Positions 11,701 to 23,700 of a stretch of DNA of 64,000 nt are shown piece after piece. Numbering within the stretch: position 1 is the first letter of the stretch; every line of letters starts with the position of its first letter. Both the position numbers and the translations under genes were made by a program. This DNA is from Chiloscyllium plagiosum (lineage: Eukaryota): the NCBI RefSeq assembly GCF_004010195.1, contig NC_057749.1, positions 9,894,728 through 9,958,727 of the forward strand, in the 5' to 3' direction. The notes below the pieces were generated by a model that saw nothing but the letters and a program-made list of their open reading frames with translations, was not told the origin of the DNA and ran no database searches.

Positions 11701-14700
11701 CAAGGCGGTGTAGCTCAGATGGCGTGTAATCTTCCAGGAGTTTTCTACAAAACACTTTTGCAGTTCATTCCTGCCCCAGTGGCCATCATAACTGACTTGT
11801 GAATTCCATTGAATGGTATTTCACAGAAATAAAAGCTGTCAGTGCAGAATTGTAATGACAGTTTTCAGTTTTGTAACTTATACAGTAACTTGCATTGATC
11901 TTGTTCCTTTATAAACTTGAAACGAAATCCACAAACATTTTACAGTCGAAGAGAAACTAAGTGTTAGTGGGTGACTTCAGAAAGGACACCAGAGTTGTGG
12001 TTGAATAGATGGATGTGAAAAAAATCATAGAGATGTACAGCATCTTTGGTCCAACTCGTCCATGCTAACCAGATATCCTAACCTAATCTGGTCCCATTTG
12101 TTTGCATATGGCGCACAGCGCTAGTATCCGGGTTCAATTCCAGCCTCAGACAACTGTCTGTGTGGAGTTTGCACGTTCTCCCTGTGTCTGTGTGGGTTTC
12201 ATCTGGGTGCTCCGGCTTCCTCCCACAGTCCAAAGATGTGCAGGTTAGGTGAATTGGCCATGCTAAATTGCCCATAGCATCCAGGGGTGTGCAGGTAGTG
12301 TGGATTAGCCATGGGAAATGCAGATAGGGTGGTGGGTGGCGTTCTGGGTAGAATGCTCTTTGGACGGTCAGCGTGGACTTGATGGACCGGATGGCCTGTT
12401 TCCACGCTGTTGGGATTCTATTCTATGCTATGAGGGATTTGAAATGTATAGGCCAGTAACCCAATCTGCAAACACAGGGGTACGATTTTGTTTTTGGTAA
12501 ATTGTAAGACTTGTTTTGTATTCCTGACTGGCGTGCACACAGGTATTGTAGTGATTGGTTCAGAATTTTCTCTGGCTCACCCATCGTTTATGTTGCCCCA
12601 TCCAGGATCCTTCAAGCCAGCTCCCCAGTGTAGAGCAGGAGGAGTATCAAAAGGAGTATGAGCGCTTTGAGAAAGACTTGGAGAAACGTAAAGACGAATT
12701 TCAGAAAGAACACCCAGAGTTGCAGACACCAGGTAATCTTGGAAAGCTCGGCACAATCTTTCACCATCTTTGTTCAGTGTTCAAGATTCTGTCTGAGTCG
12801 AGAGATTGCTCCTGCTTCTGTAATAAACCTGGAGTTGCTCTGTGCTTTCTGCTACTTGCAGAAGAAATGTTTTTGACCTGTATCTTATTGAAGGACATGT
12901 TCTGAATTCTGGTTCTTGGAATTCTAACGACATATCCATCTGAAAATATATCCATCTTTAAAGATTAGATTAGATTTGATAAGGATCCCCATGGTAGGCT
13001 CATTCAGAAGGTCAGGAGGAATGGAATACAGGGGAACCTAGCTGTCTGGATACAGAATTGGCTGGCCAACAGAAGTCAGCAAGTGGTAGTAGAAGGAAAA
13101 TATTCTGCCTGGAAGTCTGTGGTGAGTGGTGTTCCTTGGGCCTCTACTCTTTGTAATTTTTATTAATGATTTGGATGAGGAGATTGAAGGATGGGTCAGC
13201 AAGTTTGCAGACGACACAAAGGTTGGAGGTGTCGTTGACAGTATAGAGGGCTGTTGTAGGCTGCAGCGGGACATTGACAGGCTGTAGAGATGGGCTGAGA
13301 GTTGGCAGATGGAGTTCAACCTGGATAAATGCGAGGTGATGCATTTTGGAAGGTCGAATTTGAAAGCTGAGTACAGGATTAAGGATAGGATTCGAGAAGC
13401 AATTGCAACAGATTGGAATGCTGCCCAGAGCAAAAAACAAAGGGACTACTAATGATGGTGAAGGAGGGATAGAGATTTAAAGTGCATGTAAATGAAAGGT
13501 GTAAATTGGAGAAAATTGGTCTGTGTTGAGAATAAAGTTAACAAGACAATCAAAGCATGGTTGGGAGGTTGGCAAATAGAAGATAGAGGTTATGCTCTAA
13601 CATTGTGAACTCAATTTTGAGCTTTCAAGACTGAAGTACTGAAATGGAAAATGAAGGAAGCTCAGGATGAAAATGTTGGTATAGAACAGGGTGGCTTACT
13701 GAAATAACTGGGCCCGCAAGGGCTGATCTGACCTCCGAGTCAGTGCCCATTTCAATTCCCCTTAGATACTAAAGGTACCTAGGTAAAGATTCTTGAATAT
13801 GGTCACAGAAATTTGAGGGTGCATACATGAGGATCAGTGGTTGGCACAACATCGTGGGCTGAAGGGCCTGTTCTGTGCTGTACTCTTCTATGTTCCCTAC
13901 AGTGTGGAAACAGGCCTTTCGGCCCAACAAGTCCACACCGACCCTCCGAAGAGCAACCCACCCATTCCCCTATATTTAGCCCTTTACCTAACACTATGAG
14001 CAATTTAGCATGGCCAGTTCACCTAACCTGCACATCTTTGGACTGTGGGAGGAAACCGGAGCACCCGAAGGAAACCCACGCAGACACTGGGAGAATGTGC
14101 AAACTCCACACAGGCAGTTGCCTGAGGTGGGAATTGAACCCGGGTCTCTGGCGCTGTGAGGCAGCAGTGCTAACCACTGTGCCACCGTGCCGCCCAAATA
14201 TATCCATCTAAACTTTTCAATGTGTGCCTCACCTAATTTTCTAGACACCAGTTACTTTGTCTTCAGTATCTGAAGCAGTTTAAAACTATTGGAGTTGCTG
14301 TGGTTGATAACTGGTTAAAAGAGCAGCGAATGTGGGCTGAATTCATTTTTCCTGGTTAACTGCAAGTTGTCAGGTTTGTAGTTTTCAAGCCCTAGTGAGA
14401 TTTCTTACTGTTTAACTCATTAACTGCACACTTGAATGAAAAGACCACCACTTGGTAATGGCACTATCTTTAAAAGATCGCTGAATGAGCACGTGCCCAG
14501 CACTGTGAAGCTGTCCAGTTCAGTGCTTGACATGGTGCCAAGATACCTGGGAAAGGGATTGGGCATCCTGATGGAAGGAGTTGGTCCAAAGGAAGGACAT
14601 CCTTTTCCTGGAGAAATGGTACCACCAGATCCTGCCCAGGTCCGTACCATCCCCACTCTGGGTAGGATGCTCTTCAGAGGTTCGGTGCAGACTCCATGGA

Positions 14701-17700
14701 CCACACAGCCCCTATCTGTACTGTAGGAATTCATAACATAAGAACTAGGAGCAGGAGGAGGCCGTCTGACCCTTTGGAGCCTGCTCTGGCATTCAGTAAG
14801 ATTGTGGCTGATGTTTGTGTGGACTCCGCTCCACTTACCCACCCATTCACCATAACCCTTAATTCCTTTACTGTTCAAAAAAAAATCTATCTTCGCTTTA
14901 AAAATGTTTATTTAAGTAGTACTTCAATGAATAACTCATTTATCTTACAACAATGCCAAACAGAAAATCAACACCTCTTCTGGCAGTCAGAAAGGAAGCT
15001 TATCCTCCATCCAGTTTGTATTCTTCCTGAATGTTAGCAAATGCTGTGTTTGGGCAAATAGTGTGTGTCTGTGTGTGTTGGGGGGGGGGGGCGGGTAAAG
15101 CGAAGGTTTCAATTGGCTGTGCGTCGTTTCTTTAAATCATCCCATTGGTTTTTAGACGAAGAGGCGTTTGAGACGGAGGGTCAGAGGGAGTTTCAGATGA
15201 TCGCCGGAGGGCAGCGGATGATCCACGAGGAGTTGGAGAAACTTCGAGAGAGGTTGGACGCTGCGTTTACGGAACAGAGGCGGCACTCGGATTACCTGAG
15301 CAGGATGGGCAAGGACGAGCGGACCACCACAGCAGGAGGACATCCAGAGCAGGCAAGTCACGAGGCAATCTTCCTTCAAACAGTGTCATCTTCCTCCCTT
15401 CACCCAAGGCATGGCCAGCAGAGATTCAGCCGGTCCAGAGACCACCCATTTCTGCCCATGTGACAATATGTGCTACCTTTTGCACCAATGATTTACCAAC
15501 AAGTGGATGCTTGTTAAAAATCACTGAAGTAAAGTTCAGCTCAATAACTATTAAGCTTGGGCTCAGTTCACCTGTAGCTTTGAGCTTATCCATTCTTCTG
15601 TTGCCTCTGGGTTTGATGATCCCAAAGCTCTCCTGAACCTTCCATTAACTGATGCCCATTCAAAACATAGCTTCCCGTATCCGAATGCGTGCAGAGTTCT
15701 GTTCACTTATTGTTGGTGTCCTCGTTCACTTGCATGAGCACCCTAAACAGCCAGACCTCAATTTGACTCAACTTGTCCTTGTTTTAACCCACTGCACAAT
15801 CTCACCCCTCCATAAAGCTGCAATCTCCCCAAGGCTTCCTCCACTTGTGACTCCATGTGCACTGTGTCTTTATTCACTCCACCATTGTCAGCTGCACAGG
15901 CAGCTCCTCAACAACACTACCTCTCGGCTACATGTCTTGCTCTACCTATCCAGGTGCCTTGTAAATGGAATTGTCTAAGGCTCCACCACTTCCTCTGGCA
16001 ACTCATTCCATACATGCATCACCCTCTCCGTGAAAATGTTACCCCATAGGTCCCTTTTAAATCTTTCCCCACTCACCTTTAAATCTATGGCCTGTAGTTT
16101 TGGACTCCATTACCCTGGGGAAAAGGCCTTGCTGTTCACCCTTATCCATGTCCCTCATGATTTCATAAACCTCTATAAGGTCACCCCTCAGCATCTGATG
16201 TTCCAGGGATAAAACCCCAGTCTATTCAGCCTCTCCCTACAGCTCGAACCCTCCAGTCCCGGCAACCTCCTTGTAAATCTTTTCTGCACCGCCTCAAGTT
16301 TAACAACATCTTTCCTATAGAAGGGTGACCAGAATTGTGTGCAGTATTCTAAAAGTGACTCGCCCATGCCCGGTACAGCCTCAACATGACCTCCCAACGC
16401 CTGGACTCAGTGTTCTGACCAATGAAGGCAAAGTGTGCCAGAGTAGTGCTTCATTGCTCTGTCTACCTGTAACTCCACTTTCTAGGATTATCCACCTCTG
16501 CCCCTAGGTCTCTTGGTTGGGCAACACTCCCCAGAGCCCTAAGTCCTGTGTATGTCCTGCCCTGGTTTGCCTTACCAATAATCAACATCTCACGTTTATC
16601 CAAGTCAAATTCCATCTGCCGCTCATCAGCCCATTGACCCAACTGATCAAAGTCCCGTTCTACCCGGAGATAATCTTCTTTGCTGTCCACTACACCATCT
16701 ATTTCGGTGTCATCTGCAAACTTAGTAACCATACCTCCTACATTTACATACAAATCATTGATGTAAATGACAGAAAGCAATGTGCCCAGCACTGATCCCT
16801 GTGGCACACCGTTGGTTACGAGCCTCCAGTCCAAAAAACAACTCTCTATCACCACCCTCTGTCGCCTACCTTCAAGCAAATTTTGTATCCGATTGGCTAG
16901 TTCTCCTGGGTCTCATGGGCCCAAACCTTACTAACCAATCTACAATGTGGAATTTTGCCAAATGCTTTGCTGAAGTCCATATAGACAATGCCAACTTTTC
17001 TACCTCATTAATCTTCATCACCACCTCAAAAAAAACTCAGTCAAGTTAGTCAGACATGATTTTCTATGCACAAAGCCATGGTGACTATCCCTAATCTGTC
17101 CTTACCTTTCCAAATGCATATACATTGTGTCCCTCAGAATCCCCACCAACAATTTACCCACCACTAACCTAAGGCTGATTGGTCTATAGTTCCCTGACTT
17201 TTCTTTACCACCTTTCTTAAATAATGGCACCACATTAGCCAACTCCAGTGTTCCGGCACCTCACCCTTGGCTGTCAATGATACAAATATCTCATTAAAGG
17301 GCCCACCAGTCTCTTCCCTAGCTTCCCACAAAGGTCTGGGTTACACCTGATTGGGTCCCATGGATTTATCTACCTTTCTGCATTTTAAGTTAATCAGAAC
17401 CTCTTCTGTAATATGAACTCTTTTCAAGTCATCACTAATTATTTCTCTAAGTTCCTTGTTCTTCTCCACAGTAAACACTGACGTGAAATACTTGTTTAGT
17501 TACACCAAAGTCCTTGTGTCTCACACCCCTCAGTAGGTTTACATAACTTGTGATCAGTTTTTATACTGGAACTGCAGATAGCTTCTGCCTGGAGCTCTTA
17601 CACCTGAACTTAAATGTACTCAGCTTTAAGTAACTTCAGAGTTTTTTATCCTAATACTTCTGATCTGGACGAACATTAACTCTTCACATTAAGATAATCC

Positions 17701-20700
17701 AGTTCACTATATATAATCCTTCGCTTTCAGAAGCACCAGTCTATACAACTATCTTATTCCAAGTAATAACTAAACCAGAAATAAAAACTATAATCAAAGC
17801 ACCTCTGTCTAAACTAGCGTTTCCTTTAAGCTTAAAAAGAAAGCCTCTTAAAAAGCATTGAAGCACCATTTTGTTTTTTTAACCCTTGCTGCAATGTGAA
17901 ACAATCTAAAATGAAGAAAAGTCCATTCATGGTGCACACAAACCCTTATACCCTAAAGCTCTCGAAAGCTGTTTTAAATGGAATCACAGAAACACTTCGA
18001 AGTTCATTGTTAACTTCAGGCATACAGAATACACACTGGTTACTAACTCAAAAACTAGAAACCCAAACTTATATTTTTAAAAAGCATTTTTTATATGTTA
18101 CACAGTTTATGTAATGATACACATTTTTAAACTTAGCTGATGTATAAAGGAAGTTTTATTGCTGAGTTACGTGTGATTGGTACTTGCGTTGCAAAGACAC
18201 TTGGCTGCATTCCCTCTGTTCTTTTATGCTGTTATCGGCCCGACTCCATAGGGAGTTCTGCAATGATCCGCTCTTTTGTGGAGCAGCTGGGTTCGTGACA
18301 AATCCCTGTAGGCACCAAAACATCGGCAGTGAGATCGATTTTCTGTTTGTTAACCCCCACCCTGGCTGCCTAATTATACATTTCAGTTCGCCAACAAAAC
18401 AAAGTATGTTGTTTCTTTGATCAAAATGCTGAAAGCTGGAAAATCTGAAATTAAGAAAAAGAAATGCTGAAAACATTGCATTTATAGGGGGAGAGAGTTT
18501 TATCCTGTTTTATTTCATGTTTTCTTATCAGTTTTTTGTTGACTTGATAAGCTTCACAGTATTGATTGATCACTCAGTCAAGGGACTATAGCTGCTAAGC
18601 AGTATTCCTGTGAGGGGAGAATCTAATTTCTTTAATGACACTGTATCTTTATATAGCACCTTTTAACATCGCCAAATATCCCAAAGCTTCATAATCAGAC
18701 AGAATTTAACAACAACCACTTAAGGAGGTATTAGAATAAGTGACCTAAATTTGTATCAAACAGTTCCATTTCACAGATCACTTTAAGGAAGAGAGAGATT
18801 TAAAGAGGGAATTCCTTAAAGATGTGTACAGCAAACTGAAAATTAGGAATGTTAGGTTTCTTGAGGCTTTTTGATGGATATGTAATTTGTGCCTTGACAT
18901 GTAGATGCACTGTTAGTACAATTGAGACTCTACCTTGACACTTAAGAGTACCCACTTGAAAACATGACAGTGAGTATTCCACAGGGAACACCCTCTCACT
19001 AAATCTGCCATTTTAAACGGTGCGTAAAATGATTAGAAACTTGGGAAAATAGTATTGAATTCCATAACACTTTGAAACAATGAAAAGGCTTCTATTGCCT
19101 TTAATCCTGCTTTCGAGTTATTTTTGAGGCAATCACTTTAATTAAATACTCCAGAACAAGGAAAGAAGATTTTAAATTCCAGACTATTGAGTAAACAATT
19201 CACTTAAATCTTTTATATATTAAAGAATGGCTTTACATCTTCCATTGTTATGCTTTGAGATTCTCTTTATTTGATTCATGTAATTATACCACAAATGTGC
19301 GAGCCAACCAGTGCCCTTTTCTAAGAGATAATCCGGAATATTCTATCTTGTCTGTATATCCCTGCAGACCTCACTCTAAGAGGCTTTGTCTTGGGGATTA
19401 CTGGAATTACAATAATTTACGAGTGGAGTGACTGAGTATTATCTGACCTGATGTGTGCGCGCGCACACACAATCCACATTTATTGTAATTGTGTTAAAGT
19501 CAAGAGAAAATTGTTTTTTCTGCATTCAACCACTCTGTCCAAGAATAATGATTCCCTGGGAAAGATGCAGTTTGGATCCAGTGGGTTTCACGACCTCATC
19601 ACTTCAGTTTGAACCTCGGTTACGGCTCCACTTCACCCCCCACTCTGTGGCAGTGTTGTGGCAGCTCATTGCAGTGGGCAACATGAACAGAGCTGGGCTG
19701 CAGAGCCATAGTTTTCACCTCTCCTCTCCACAGTGAGGCTATCTCAGTGAGAGTGAAGGTGTTGCATTGACCCTCACTATTTTAAACCAGGAGGTGGGGT
19801 GAATGGGTGAATGACTGACTGTCTGTCTGGGGATCCTATTGCGGTTGATGTAGAGTAACTTTCTGATGGAGTTAATATGTCCGGGTTTATTTACCTTTTA
19901 TAAGGAGTTGCTTCTCTCACGTTTTCGAGAGAGGTCATTTGGGTTTTGGATAAAAAGGGAAATGAAGGGGTGGTGTTCAGATGGCCTATCAGCCATGATC
20001 ATATCCAGTGGTGCAATACCTTCAGAGGACAGATTGGTCTAAACCTCATCCTCCCTCTTATAATGTTTAAATTTCATCCTCTTCAGAATAGCTCAAGTTC
20101 TTCAAAGGACATTGTTAGTATTGGGTTGTGAAGGATTAAAAGGGACGTTGCATACATTGAGCTGTGAGACTTTAAAGGGACATTGCTCGCACTTGGCTAT
20201 GGGGTCTTAAAGGGGCATTGCACATTGGAGTCTAATTGCTGCCTTCACTTCCAGTGGGTATTGAAGACTCATGTGTTTTAAGGGTGGGCTGTTTTCTCTA
20301 ATTTATCTTAGGATCATCGAATTCTTACAGTGTAGAAGCAGGTCATTCAGCACATCCCATGGCTAATCCACCCTAACTTGGGCATTATTGGACTGTGGAA
20401 GGAAATTGAAGCACCCGGAGGAAACCTATGTTGACACAGGGAGAGTGTGCAAACTCCCCACAGACACCTGAGGTTGGGATTGAACCTGGGACCCTGGAGC
20501 TGTGAGGCAGCTGTGCTAGCCGCCGTGCCTCCCATTCTGTGACAGCGATATGTGGTACCCCATAATTTGTAGTAGTTATTTAGCAATAGCCTGGCTGTGC
20601 AGATCATTATTGCTGGAGTTGTTTAGTGAGCCAAAGGCTGACTGAAGATGCAGTGTTTAGTACCAAAGGCAACATACTTCTTTGTAAATTAGAAATGCCT

Positions 20701-23700
20701 CACTTTGGCTAAAACATAGAAGTAAGGTATAATCTCTGTTCAGCTATAGTTGGAGGACAGTGAAAGTTATTGTGGAAAGATTAGATCAAACAGACCAAGT
20801 TAGAGTGTGAGGTGGAGGGGAGGAAGTACATCAGTCCGAATAAATAGAATAGATTAAAGAACACAATTTGCATTGTTGGTTGTGTCTTAGTTGATCTGAA
20901 ATGCTTGAGTGTGATAATGAGTATGCTGAATGTGTGGGGGTGGGTGGGAGGGAGATCTCTTGATACAGTGGGTAGTCTCCCTGCTTCTGAGCCAGGTTCA
21001 AGTCCTGCCCTAGGATTTGACGAGCAAGCAAGATCTGCTCATATTACAGCCTGATGGGTTGAATATCAGCTTGTAAATCGTACTGACACATGTGGGGGTA
21101 AGAGTGGGAGAGATTCCTGGTCAGCAAAGTCACCGAGATCCCTGTGTACTGCAGAGTAATTGCCAAATAACTTACTAGGACCTTGCTTTCTGAGACGGAG
21201 TCAGTAAGCCTTTTGCTTAGATGTGTCTTTGTTTGATAGGACACCGGTGGCTCCGAGAGACTGGCATTGCTGCTTAACGGTCAAAAGGAGATGGTTCAGC
21301 AAGTGCAAGAGATAAGGTAGCTACTGCTTTTCTGTTTTTGGTAGGAATGCATATCAGATGCAGATGAAAGCAAGAGCCTGTTGCCACTGGAGGTTACCAG
21401 GGAGCAGTGGGTACAATATGAACGGTATCTTTGGGGAAAACCTTGCATTTTTTGATCCTTCATACAGATCCCTGGAGAGACTGACAACTTTGAATTTCTG
21501 TTACAAAGGACAACTCAAGATTTCTCATTTTAAGAATTATACTGTAACAAATGCACCAAAGGCAGGATCAGCTAAACATTACTATATAACTGATGCACCC
21601 AATTTCAGAACTCCGGATGCTGGAAACTAGGAAGAGAAATTACTGGAAAAGCATCTGTCGAGAGAAATCAGAGTTAACGTTTCAGGTTCAGGAGTTCTGA
21701 GGAAGGGTCACTCGACCAGAAACGTTAACTTTGATTCCTCTCCAAGGATGCTGCCAGACCTGCTGAGCTTTTCCAGTAATTTCTGTTTTTGTACTCCATT
21801 TCAGGCATGATATTTTGCACCTCCCCCCCCACCCTTCAATTTCCAACACAGCCCAAAGCACACTGCTGTGTTTACACGTTATGTTCCAATGTCTACAAAA
21901 TTGTAATTAATCTCTGAACCAGCTCAAAGTTACCCAGTGTCAAATTGGCTTTTTCTCTTTTTTTTTCTGATGAGTTGTAATATCAAAAAGATAAAGTTGC
22001 CATAGTCTTACCAGACCATAGGGCTGCTCGCTCATTAGATACACACGACTGGTGGTGGTTTAACCTGAGAGTCACCGTGCCTCAGGCGAGGGAAGAGGTT
22101 GAGAAGGAGGCTGCGTTTACCTCTGTGGTAAACGCAGCCAGTGCAGGAGTCGAACCCATCCTGCTGGCATGACAAACAAGCCATTCAGCAATTGAGGTAA
22201 CCGAACCCCCCCCCAAGGTTTAGTTATAATATTGAGGGTGCATCAAAAGTTGTCCTCAGTCTTGAGTGTCTGGCTTTCTGCATTTCCACAACCACCGCCT
22301 CTTTGGAGTTGCAAGACCCCCACCCCCCCAGGCACGCTCTCGTATTCCTGAGACAGCAAGTCTGCAAATAACAAGACCAGCAGCTTCTGTGCTTTGTGTT
22401 CAGATGTTAAATATTTCAATAGGACTCTCTCTGGATGCCTTGTTCTTCATAACAGCCAAGTCTCGGTGGCTTGTCACTAGAGTTACCAGTGGGAGGCCCC
22501 AGGCTCTCTTTCACCTTGAATTAAAAGAAAAAATTAAAGCAAAGATACTATGGCCTCACAAACCTTACATTTGTAACACCCTTATGATCTTGGAGCTGGT
22601 GAGATTTTCCTGGCTGTAGGCCAAAATGTATGCCTTGGTCAACACCTTGTTGCTGTTTGTGGGAACTTGCTTAATGCAAATTGGCTGCCTCTTTTCCTAT
22701 GGAGTCATAGAATTCCTACAGTGGTAGCAGACCATTTGGCCCATTGTGTCAACGCCACCCCTCCAAAGAGATCCACGTCCCCTACCATTTCCCTGTGAAC
22801 CTGCATTCCCCATGGCCAATCCACCTAGCCTGCACCATCTCTGCACTGTGGAAAGAAACCCACGCAGTCAAGGGGAGAATGTGCAGGCTCCACACAGACA
22901 GTTGACAGAGGCTGGAGTTGAGCCCGGTTTCCCTGGCACCATGAGATAGCAGTGCCAACCACTGAGCTGCCGTGCCACCCTATGCTATGGCAGTAACTGC
23001 ATTTCAAATGAGTCTCTTTGGCTGCAGAGTTCTTTTGCAACTTCCAGAGGTCATAAAAGGCACTGTATGATTAAAAGTCCTTTTTTCGTTGGATTTTCCA
23101 TTGTGGAAGAAAATTCTAACTCCGACTCATCAATGATTTCATAGGCTAGCTGAATTATTTTCACTGCATTTTTTTCTTTGTTTCTAATTCCTAGCATCCT
23201 GTTGTATTTTTTTTCATGTTTGATACTTTGCCATAAAAAGAGTCTCCAGTCTTTGATTTGAGGGAACTGAAGGATTTTCAAAACCCCTTCTGTTTAGTCT
23301 GAGCAGCACTGCATTAAGTGCCATCTGGATCCTGAATAAGAAGCTGAAGTCTTAAAGAGGACATGACAAGTGACAACTCTTATTAAACCCTTCTGCAGCG
23401 CATATGAAAGCAGCCGTGTGTGTTTTCATCCCTGTCCCTGTTCACAGAACTAAAGCAGCATGCCAATGAATTGGTGAGTTGGAAGTTCACTACTGGAAGT
23501 GGTGAGGGCTGGAAACTTACAACATTTCAAAGGCATCTGAATGAGTATATGAATAGGAAGGGTTTAGAGGGGTATGGGCCAAATGCTGGTAAATGGGACT
23601 GGATTAATTTAGGGTATCTGGTTGGCATGGACGAGTTGGACCAAAGAGTCTGTTTTTATGCTGAAAAGCTCTATGACTCTTAATTTGTTTGATTATTTAA

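Noticed and set aside
11703..11725. tRNA-like 5' sequence ggcggtgtagctcagatgg
   Set aside because: No B box or cloverleaf follows
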